Positions 9,901 through 22,100 of a stretch of DNA of 31,707 nt are shown here, in pieces. Position numbers and translations under genes: made by a program. Position 1 is the stretch's first letter; each line of letters begins with the position of its first letter. The DNA is from Priapulus caudatus. Taxonomy: Eukaryota. Under the pieces are notes generated by a model. The model searched no databases. It saw only the letters and a list, made by a program, of their open reading frames with translations, and had not been told where the DNA came from. The DNA lies in assembly GCF_000485595.1 (NCBI RefSeq), contig NW_014577078.1, forward strand, positions 971,115-1,002,821, in the 5' to 3' direction.

Positions 9901-12900
9901 TTCTCTCTCCTTGTCTCCCTCTCACCCGCTTCCCTATCCTTCACCTTTCCCTCTCCTCTCTCCTTCTCACCCCTTCCCTTTCTTCCTCCTTTCCCTCTCC
10001 TCTCTCCTTCTCCATCTCCTTTCCCTTTCCCTCTCCTCTCTCCCTCTCACCCATTCCCTTTCCCTCTCCTCTCTCCCTCTCTCCCTCTCACCCATTCCCT
10101 TTCCCTCTCCTCTCTCCTTCTCCTTTCCCTCACAGGAGCTCTCTTTCAAGTCTAAAAACAGCTCTCGGCAAAATTTTTACGGGAGCTATTTTGAGCCTCA
10201 CGGGAGCGATTTCGGAGGTTTGAAGAGCGAATCGCTCATCGCTCTATTACAGTTTTTACCCTGCCCTACGGTGGCGCCACCTACCCTTCGCAGGGGTCGA
10301 GCACGACGCCGCGGAACTTGAGGTTGGCGAGCACCTGCACGTGGCGCGTGCCGTCGATGCTGATCGCGTTCAGCTCCTGGCCAACGATGTCGGTGTAGTA
10401 GAGCCGGTCCTGCAGCCAGTCGTAGGCGAGGCCCGTCGTGAAGGTGACGCCCGTGTGCATGCCGGCCCCTGCGCGGTGCACACACAACACGCATGTTAGA
10501 CGCGCGCGACTCACAGACGTTAGACCGCGTCGCGCCGCCTCGCACAAAGCGCGCTTACGATAATCGACTTATCCGTCTAGGGCGAGATACCTGCGAAGAT
10601 GGCTGCTGCACCACACTGGCTACTAGCTGTTGCTACGTTGGTGAGCCTCACTCGGCTTTTACGTGTGCAGTGCACATGTACACGATCAACTTTCAACTTA
10701 GCATCGATTTCAGAACAATATGTATTCGCTACTTTTTGTCAATCACGCTAGACGGATACGTCAATTACGACGGTAAACAGGTTATAGCACGTAAAAGAAT
10801 GTAATTACATCCACGCATAGCAAGTGTTATATATCAGAGGTTCCAAATAATGCTGCAACAGTATGGTTATATGCTGCTTATTACATGTGCAGAATAGCTG
10901 TACATTCAAACAAAAGCAAGTGCAATTCAGTTGTATAACGTGCTGTGTTAGTACTTTATGCTATAAAAGCTATAACACTGAATTAAACATAAAATTGCCT
11001 TTAGCAGGCAACAGCTAATACGAGGTTTTTCACAGCTCACATATAACTGTATAAGTAGGTACAGAATAACATAACAACGCTACTCGTTATAACTGGACAT
11101 AGATGAACAACGTACAAAACATGTAATTACTACAATATGGCGCAAAGCATGACTACAAGTGAGCATGAAGAGCTGTACCAGAGTCATGATTTGAATATAC
11201 TAATATTACTTATTAACTAAACGACTTGTGACAAATTACACACTGCCTAACATATACACATGTACACATGTACAAAATGTGAACCAGGATCTCCCACCTT
11301 GGCCACATTATGGATTGATGCTGTATAATAAGAGAACATATTAAGACATTGTTCATCACATCAACTGACTACACACTAAGAATATGATGCCGTATGCTAT
11401 ACACCTATGTTGCAGGGAAACACGTGGAAAAATATTGCTGCATACGCAAAATAAAAGCATCAACAGAAAATGTTATAAACAATTTTTCCAATGCGCTCGA
11501 CAATTGCTTACAACTGTCGCGGATGTGCTTAGTAATGTCATTAACCATGTGTATATTAAATATACATGGTTTTAATGGTAATATACATCATTAAGTGCAT
11601 CCTGATCACATCTAACAAAGAACAAAATGCATGGAGCAGGTGCCGAGTAATATCACGAATCATGTGTATATTCAATATACAAACGTTCGTAGTAATGTAT
11701 ATACACTACTAAGCACATCCTCTTCACATTTAATGACAAAGACATGACAATGACATGCAGATCGAACATTCAGCACACACGAACACATTCTATAACTAAG
11801 CCATGCACATAAATCACATGTGGGTGCATGTGGTGATGCCGAGGTGACATGCGTTAAAAAAAACGTGGTTACGGTTATTTGTTCGTTCGATCATGGGCAG
11901 GCGCTGGAGGTTTTGCTGCCTGTCGGTTGCTGAGAAATACCACAGCTCCATCAGATTCCGCTCCGCCGTCGTATTGTCTACACCTAACTCTGAAAATCGA
12001 AGTGGTAAACAGGGCGGGTTAGCGCTGGGGAGTCAGTAGCCACCACCAAGACCTGTCATCGAAACCATACGTACGCGTCTCGTTGCCTTTAACGACGATG
12101 TTCTTGATGGAATGAGTCGGGTCGCTCAGCTCGAAGTAGCTAATCTTACCCGGATTAATTACGGGCAGGTTGATGTGCTGCTGCGAGCGCTCTGTACGAT
12201 AGTGACGCAAAAACAATTTCAGCATGACAATGACACCATTGCCTCGCTACTCATAGCTGATGACAGCTACGGCATCAGCTACGGCAGCAGAGGCTGCAAT
12301 TTTTCTGTATTGCTCGGAAACTAGTTGCAGAGCAGGTGTATGCGAATGTATAGACACACCTGCTCTGATAATGCCCACGTTACACTATACTATCAGGTGT
12401 AATATCTCATTGCAAAAAAATCTTGTCGCTCATTTTTACACGTAATTTAATTATTGCTAGAACTGCATGAAGTCTCTGCCAGATTTAACACGTTTTGTAG
12501 CAATTATGAACAAAGTTAAGGAATCAACTTGAAACATGTCAGCTTCTATTGCGGGAGGTCTCCACAGACTATCATACGCTATGATATATCTTTATTAAAA
12601 ACTGTTTCATCATGCTGAAATGCATCACCATATACCCACCAATGCCAATCAATTCTATATTTTAGCTCAATAGTTAATTAAGATGATGCCTTGTTAAGAG
12701 ACTCTTCTGTTTAACCAAGTATAAATTATATCTTATATCCGATGGCATATATCTTATATCTGTGACATTATAGTTAGGGTGGTTGCATGAAATTGTTTCC
12801 AACCTCATCTTATGCAATGAAGTTACCTAATAATGACATTACGAGTCATTAAAGTAAAATGTCAAAAAACATAAAATTATGATGACATACTGGGTACAGA

Positions 12901-15900
12901 ATTTTAAAAAGTCATATCAGTCACTTACCAGTTACACTTATTCATGAAAAACACCCATTATAAACATTGATTACAAATGCATTACATTGATCTATCTATC
13001 AACTCTAAACTCACTCACACTTAGACGAATATGACCAGCAGAGTGACTAAGTATGAAGACAACATGGCAAAACACACTCGAGGTAAGCGGCTTCAATTCC
13101 AGGAACACTTACGAGTGAAGAAGATCCGCTTATTCGTGTAGTCAAACTCAACAGCCGTGGAGATATTGAGATGAGTGACTGGTGGCCATGGCACAGAGCT
13201 AATCTGTGGGTCTAGGAAGGCGCTGCGCACTGAGTTTTCAGTTACATAGATGAGGTAAGCATCGTCCTCTGCAACATCAACAGATCAAGGTGTGCCGATG
13301 TATGTCAGTTCCTATTATCGATATGTCAGCCACAATATGTCTCTCAGCAATCTATCAATCAATCAATCAATAATCTATCAATCAATCAGCAATCAGTCTA
13401 TATATCTTCTCGGCAAACAGCCTGAAGTAGATTGCTACAGCCCACACTCTTCATTGCATCTAGAAACTTTCTCAGAGACTAGTGTGGATCACTTGATGAA
13501 AGGATTTCCCCACTTATCATAACATTAATGTTATGATTATTTATGTAACTTACACACCAAGATATAACTATTGACCTGCAGCCCTGATAAATAAATTAAA
13601 GCAGCCACCAACGTAGCTACGTATACACCTTGTAAACATTGTAATCAGAACAGCTTCGACCAGTAGTTATACGAATCTGTGTGTGTAAGCAGAGCGATAT
13701 CTCTAATGCGAAATGCTGATGACATGCGAGAGGCTGTACCGCCTTCTGTTCCTCTGGTATGACAGCACAACACACTGCCATTCAAAACACGTGCGAAACT
13801 TACGTATACACTTCTTTCCATCGCTGGCGAGCTTTCCGCTGTAACACGCACATCTGGGGAACGTGCGGGGCATTGGGAAGCAGAGCTGCTCACAGCCACT
13901 GTTGCTGAACACGCAGAGGCTGGTACCTGCAAACGGTAGCACAAGCAGGCACGTGCCAATCACCATACAAGTTGAGCAGAACCTCTGAGAAACCGTGGAA
14001 CTCATTGCACAGCATGCATCACAAAGACGTTTAGTCTCACAGCAGTGCCAGGTTACAATCGAGACAGAAATAACTATTAGTTAGCACCATAAATACTGTA
14101 TACGCCATATTTTTCGCATACAGATATTTTCGCGAATTCAGACTTGACGGACAATTTCGCGGTCGGTGAATTATTAATTATTCGGTATTATTAGGTATGA
14201 ACTATTTGCGTGATGGTATTTTCGCGGTCGAGGACACATTCGCGAAATTCGCGAAATATATAGCGTATACAGTAATAACTACGTTAATTAAATCACAATC
14301 AAATAAACTACATCGATGATAAGGCTCACAGAAACGCATCGAAAGTCGGGTCACAAACTCGCTGCGCGGACTTTGCGCGTCACAAACTCGCCGCGGCGGA
14401 CATCACTCGAACGTGCGAGAGAGAGGCCCGCTGGGACGGGCATTGGCCACCACCAGGGGGCGCGCCGGCGGTCTCACCTTTCGGCTGGCTGATCTTGTCG
14501 AACACGGTGACGTCGCGCAGCTTCTCGATGCCGCTCTTGATCACCTCCGGCTCGGACGTGTTGCCCGGCTGCTTGCTCGCGCGGAAGATCTTCTTCAGGT
14601 TGCGGTCGACCCAGTACATGTAGTTGGTGTAGATCGCGAGGCCGTAGCCGCTCGGAATGTTCTCGCGAATCGTCATCCTGTTCTTGCCCAGGTAGTCGAC
14701 CCTCTGTAATGAGACAGACGTGAACGTGAGGGCAGGGGGCAGTAAGACAGTGAAGATCAACCAAATGTACGGTACATGTCTGTAACGAGATATATGTGAA
14801 CGTGAGGGTAGGGGACAGTAAGACAGTGAAGATCGATGGTACCAAATGTACGGTACATGTCTGTAACGAGATATATGTGAACGTGAGGGACAGTAAGACA
14901 GTGAAGATCGATGTACCAAATGTACGGTACATGTCTGTAACGAGATATATACGTAAGGGCGGGGGGGGGGACAGTAAGACAGTGAAGATCGATAGTACCA
15001 AATGTACGGTACATGTCTGTAACGAGACGGCCGTCTAAGTGAGGTGGTGGGGTGAAAATCGACAGTACCAAATGTGTAATCCTTTCATGCGCGTCACCAA
15101 TACGACGAAACACGCCGAACTTGGAGGAGTAGGTCTGGTGCTTGATACCTCAGGCGAAACATAGCAGATGACTGAGTAATAGAGGGTATGTGCACAAACA
15201 AACCACATGAGATTGACAAGGGTTCTGTTCAGTTGACGAAACTATATAAAGGTTGTTATTCTCGATTGCCTGGTGGTCGCACCATTACCTGTATCCACTC
15301 CTTGTCGCTGTCGATCCAGTAGACGTCATGCGTGAGTATGTCGACGGTGATGTCGCGCGGCATCGAGACGTCGTCGGCTGCGATCACCGTCCGATTGCTG
15401 CCGTCCATCAGCGCCATGACGACCTTCGGGAACTGGCCGTAGTCGACCCAGTAGAGGTAGCGCTGCACGGGGTTGACGGCGATCTGTCGCGGCTCGTCGA
15501 CCTGCGTGCTGAGCAGCACTGTGCGGTCACTTCCATTCAGCTTCATCACCTCGAGGTAGGTGAAGCGCGAGCCGGCGTTCGTGAAGTACACGTTGCCTGT
15601 AACGTAGATGATGACGCGCCGCTGACCAGGGGAAATTACATTTTTTTTTACGGGAGCTTTTTTTCAAAGGTCTGTGGGAAAAATAGCTCTCGTCAAAAAT
15701 TTTACGGGAGCTATTTTGAGCCTCACGGGAGCGATTTCGGAGGTTTGAAGAGCGAATCGTTCATCGCTCCCGTGTTTTTTACCCTGCCGCTGACGTGCTG
15801 CTCGTGCCAGGCGGGGGGGGGGGGTATATAATTAGGGAGAAAAGGAGAGTTTGGAGAGAGAAAGTGGATTGTGTGAGCGTGGGAGTGAGAGAGAGAGACA

Positions 15901-15951
15901 GAGAGACAGAGAGAGAGAGAAAGAGAGAAAGAGAGAGCGAGAGAGCGAGAG

Positions 15952-15992
<41 letters not shown>

Positions 15993-16121
15993 CAAGTTAG
16001 TGAGTATAGTACATTCCCTAGTGTTGCTATCCTGAATACAGAAGTAGCGTACCAGCAATCCAGTCCACGGCGAGGCCACGTATGCCATTCTTGCCTATGC
16101 CGGAAGTGACANNNNNNNNNN

Positions 16122-16185
<64 letters not shown>

Positions 16186-19100
16186 GATGGAGGCACAGAT
16201 AGAGAAGGGAAGAAAATAAAGAATGAGATGGAGAGAGGAGAGGAGAGGATGGTGAGAGAGAGAGACAGAGACAGAGAGAGAGAGAGAGAGAGAGAGGGTC
16301 AAGTTAGGGAGTATAGTACATTCCCTAGTGTTGCTATCCTGAATACAGAAGTAGCGTACCAGCAATCCAGTCCACGGCGAGGCCACGTATGCCATTCTTG
16401 CCTATGCCGGAAGTGACAATGTCCTCAAGATTAGAGCCATCAGGGTGCATCCGATGAATCCCATTCTTATCGCCTTTATCGTCGAAATTGCACCAATAGA
16501 TCCACTTTTCGGCAACATGTACAGCCACGTGCAGGGCTTGGAAACCTAGAAGAGCATTACAGACAACATGATACTAGTGACACTTTTAAACATATCATCT
16601 ACAAACAACGTTGTGTGTATCGATTCCTATTCGATGCCCATTACAACTTTACCGGCGCTAACTGCTCTGTGTGTTAAAGGGCTCCATCTAATGTTGTTGA
16701 TATAATGAAACAAAACAAAAACATTTTCGAGGTGACAAACCATACAAGTGATAAAAACAAATGGCACATCTGCTTTGTCGCTTACCCTCAGTGCCACCTA
16801 CTGGTGGGAAGGCCATCTCGTGCTCGCTGGAGTTGAGTGTATAGCCGCTGATGGCAGAGAGGGTGGAGATGACGAGGAACGAGGTGTGGTTCTGACAGTG
16901 CGTTTCATTGGTCAGCTTGAAGCCCGTTGAGCAGACGCACTTCCTGCTCGTGTCACCCATTGGAATGCAGATATGCTCACACCCTCCATTGTTTATCAGA
17001 CACGGATGATCAGTTGGCTCTACAGGCACACAAATATATATTCTTGTGGTGCATGCAGTTAACCGATGTTAATTTACTGACTGCAGTTAACACACACAGC
17101 AAGTGATAATAACAATCAATGTACAATTGAACATAAACATGTTTGCAAGCTTCTATTGACATTGCTTTTTACGATTCATTGCTTTTATAGTATTAGGTTT
17201 TTTGTTTATTTTATTTCATATGATTTTATAGTTTATTTTTGTAAGTCATTATTTAGACTTGATTATAAGCAGTCAATTAAAAGTATATAATTATGGAAAA
17301 TTATATTGAGTTAGGCTTTCTAGCAACTAGCAAAGCCTAGCAATTACTAGATATGTATCATCTACATTAAATCTCAATAACTAGCTGTGCCATGACTTGC
17401 AAAAATTATAAACTGTAAAAAATAATCCAAAAGATCTGACATCTATATCTTAAGCACGTTATTTTTAACAGATGGCTGTCCTCGTGCGCATCCGACAAAA
17501 CAAGCAAACCGCTCGTCTTTCCAGCCTGCCATAGAGAGGCCACCTACTGGCATGCGCTCAGCACTTACTCGGACGGTCGATGGCGATGCGCACTTGCATG
17601 ATGTTGGGCGTGTTCCTGAGCAGCACCGTCTCCTTGTTGTCGTCGATGCCGTTATCCTTGCCGCGGCGACCCAGCTTCTCGTAAGCAGTGTCGCCATAAT
17701 AGAGGTAGGAGCCCTGCACGGCGATGCCCTGCGGTGACGCGACGTAGTGCTCCAGATGCTTGCGTGCACCAGACGACGTTGACACCTTCTCGATCTGTGC
17801 GCGCGAAAATGTAGTATACATCGTGAATGTGATTGAGCTGACGACAGCTGAAATCGCTACGCATTAAACATCCGTTACATCCTGTTATGGGCCGCATCTG
17901 TAGCAGGTTAGTGTGGGATTTCTTAATTATTCTTTACTAATGTTATTATTGTTTATTAAAATTGTTATTTTATTATGCACATAACTTTTTGGATTTATTA
18001 TTCTTAACTGAATAATTATTGGTCGGTTAGTTTCAATGGTGAGGATAATTCTGAGATCTGCCAGAGCCTCTGTGATTTTCTAGAAGGATTTGGAAAAAAT
18101 TCCCATTACTGTTGCCATTATACTTGGATTGGTATTCAAACCAACAATATTCCTATAGATAAAATAGAGTCTCGGAATGCTGCTTGCAAGAGTGTATAGT
18201 CACTTACCCAGCTTGCATCGGCCATTGTATAGTAAACATTATTGTCTGCTATGTCCACTGCGATGTAATCAAGGTTGTGCAGATTAGAAGAGACAAGAAT
18301 TGTTGGGTTAGAGCCATCCAGGTTTGCAGACGCCACCTTCCTAGGCACACCCTGTCCACCCTCATCCAACCAGTACAGCTTGCTGTAAACAGGAGAAGTA
18401 AATCTCATGTGACCCAAATCTTTGTTGAATATGCTGAATATGCTGAATATGTTGAATATGTTGAATATGTTGAATATGTTGAATATGTTGAATATGCTTC
18501 AGTTCTGTACAAGCTAAATCCACATTTCAACTAAAATATCCATCTATGAGTCACGACTGACGCACTAAAGACACCATACATTCCTTATCACATTCGGGCT
18601 TTTAACCGGGATAATAACCCCCACCCCCACAAATTCCTTCCCCGACTCTCCCTCCCCACACTGCGAGGAGGCAGGCTTGACAGCAACCTCTCTCCGGTCG
18701 CGCGACGTACCCGTGTATGGGGTCGACAGCAATGGCGGCAGGGTCGGAGACGCCCGTGCGCGACGAGTTGTGCTGCAGGATGACCTTGCGGCGGCGCACG
18801 TCGCCGTCGACCTTGATCACCTCGATGAGTCCTGCCGCGCGATTGCCGACGTACAGGTTGCGTCCGACCCAGTCAAACGCGAGGCTGTCCGCACTGCCGA
18901 TTATCGACGTGTTGTCGAACGCCGTGCGGTTCGTGCCGTCAAAGTGAACGCGCATGATCTTCACCTGCGACGAGAGGAACAGCGTTAACAGAGTGACGAA
19001 CGTCAGCGCGACATTATCGCAGCATGCGCTCGCACTGCACGTCTGAGCTGCATTACGGTTCTTGTCTTTGGTTTTTTGTCGACGATTCCGGGTATTTGAA

Positions 19101-22100
19101 TAGCCTAGAGCTAAGAAGGTGACGAGGATGGTAACCTAAATGTCCTCATCAAAGGTAGGACAGAATCATGCGACAAGTAAAGCTGGGACCAGCACTGGTA
19201 CTAATACTGTAAACTGGCATGCAATAAGAAGAATGACACGAGTAACGTTATATAGTATAAGTTATTGTAGGGTGCTTACATTGCACGCCAGAGTTGTATT
19301 ACATGCTGGGTATGTGTGAAAGTACACTACCCTTGTGCGTTAAGTATAATCCACGTATAAGTATGTCCCTTGCTATGTAGGGTTGACAAAATCGGCAGTC
19401 CAGCCCAGTATTTCAATGTTATATGGGTTAGTGCAGTGTCAGCTCCTCTCCATGGCTAGCACTTACCTTCTCATTGCTACTGCTTGGAGAAGCAGTAGGA
19501 CTGGTTGCCGGTTTTTCACTCTCAACCCAGTAAATCCACTGCTCACGCTTGTCGTAGTCAAAGTCACCCGTGTTCTTAATGCCGGTGACGGGCACAAAGC
19601 CATTGAACAGCTCTGTCTTTGGGTCGATGCTCCTTCCGACAATCTGACCTGGCTTCTTGCGCATGTACATCAGATATTCCTTATCATCTGTGACACACAG
19701 AGACAGATGACTACCAACACACTTAGAAGTTGACGTAAAGGGAATGAAATAGACGTGCCATTATACATTGAGCACACTTAATAAAACCTGAAGAATTAAA
19801 GGTAATGAACACAATGAATTATTAAGCATATGTTATGAACATAGTGGCAATTAATTATAGCTTATATGAATATTATACGATTTATATGGTATATGCTGGA
19901 AGCTGTGGTGTATCTGGTTATTGTTATTTTTAGAATACATACATACACACACTGTGAATCATATGTCTTCAGCATCATTTAAATAATTATACATCCTCAA
20001 ATAAGAGTGCAATTTTCCGAAGAAGTGTTACTGGTTGAAGGTGGTTTTAATAACTAAACAGCTAAAACCAAAGTCTAATATCTCACTCTGCTTACCCTTC
20101 TTGCACTTCTTCAATGTCGAGTCAAGTAACATGCCCATGGGACACTGGCAGCTGTAGCCTAGTGGTTTTGGTGACAGCAAACACAGATGACTACATGGCT
20201 TGCCAGCACATGGGTTTGACGCTGAAAGTATCAATATTCAGACAGTGTTCTATGTTAATGGTCTCAATTCTAGGATGCAATATATAATATATATATATAA
20301 ACATACACAAAGATCATAGTTTAAATGCTTGGCAAGGCAACGGAATCCAAATAAATATACTTCCCTTTTTACTTTCTATATTAAAGAGCAGTATATAGTT
20401 CTATAGATAAAAAAATATCAATTTCATTTACCAATCAGCAATTGCAATATAATAATTATGTTAACGATGCATAGCCATCATTGGTGCAGTCCTACAAACC
20501 TTTAGGCTGTCTAACTGGGTGATGCACGATCAGATACAGTGGTTTGTTGAGTCCTCTTAGGACTATGCTCTGATTGGTGCAGGCAAATTTGTCACAGCTC
20601 ATCACTGCATTGCTCTCTCTGTCCGTCCAGTAGACAGTGTCTTCGAACAGAGCCAGTGCGTGAACGTGCTGTAGAAACTAGGGGAAGCAAATCGTACGTA
20701 GCATTTTACATGTCGGTCAACTGGTTCCAACAATGTTTGCTATGCATGGCACATTTATGAGCTCTTCGATTTAAAACGTGAGTCTACCTAGATAACTTAT
20801 TTCTCACATGGGTTGAAATCGTTTTGTCAGGAATAACAAGAGGATATCTTCAACAAGCGGATATCTTCAACAAGAATGATTTAAAATCTGATATCAATGA
20901 ATCACACTTTTTTGAACAGAATTCCTCAGCAACTACAGAAACACTTGCATATAAGGTTTTGTACTCACGTGGTCATTCGCAACAACCTGATGCCTTCCAG
21001 ATCCATCATAGTTTGCATAGTCAATGTAATCGAGCCTACTGTCGGCAAAGTACACCCGCTTGGTTGGATAGTCAATGGTCAGACCGTTGGGCCAGGAGAC
21101 TTTAGTGTTGATGATTGTCGTGCGATTTGACCCATCTAGCCCGGCTCTCTCTAACCTTGGATGATCTCCCCAATCCGTCCAAAACATGTAGCGTGCGCTG
21201 TGTGTATCAAAACACAACATATGTTAGCCATGCAACTACACACGTAGCTAGCGCAGAGACATGCACGAGTACCTCCTCCACATCAAGTCATCCTGTGTAA
21301 CATGTGATAGTGACGTATACTGCTATATGCTAAATGAGACGAAATATATATGCTAATGCCGGATTAGATTAGAATGACTGCAGATTTCACACTAGATGAT
21401 TCTTGCTTTAAATTGTAACTGAATGTATGAACACTACACCTAAATGCTAGAAACTACTACAGCTATAGAACACTACTGACTAGAATGTTGTATATTAAAC
21501 TATCGCACAGTCCCGACTCCCAATGCACAAGCATGACTGCTCTGAGAAATACTCTGTACAGTTAACATGTTAAGACTGTTAAGTAACGTAACCATGACCT
21601 ACCCGTCAGTTGGGTCTATGGCAAATCCTCGTGGGTTGGTGATATTCTCATGGAACAAAACTCGTCTGTACTTGCCATCCAGCGAGGCTACCTCCACGGT
21701 TTCCAGGGAATAGTCGACCCAGTAGAGGTTACGAGCAATCCAGTCAACGGCCAGTGCCTCCGTCACATCAACACCACTATCAATGACCTGTGAAGAGATA
21801 AAAGTTGTTGAAAATTCTTCTTGTATGGTAGGATTCACAGCTCTAGATGTAAAAACGTATAAACATTACAATAATAGGACAATCTACACATGATAAATGT
21901 ATATGCAGACAACAAATATCTGTCCCACATTTATATCATGCATAATAATAATAATCTACTCATATATGAAAGTAACAAAGGATCGGCCGTGCACAAGCGA
22001 CACGGTTGTGTGTATTCAGGTACGCTATTCAGGTAGCATGTGTGAAATCACTATAACATGGCGACTGTCCGAGATACGATCGTAACTTTATAGAACATAC

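Noticed and set aside
11512..11611. AG...GTAAGC-bounded 100-nt segment as another alternative exon
   Set aside because: Not a multiple of 3, contains stops in the frame needed to join exon 30, and overlaps a palindromic repeat.
12929..13005. Strong GTAAGT donor as a third alternative exon
   Set aside because: Stop codons in all three frames shortly upstream of the donor.
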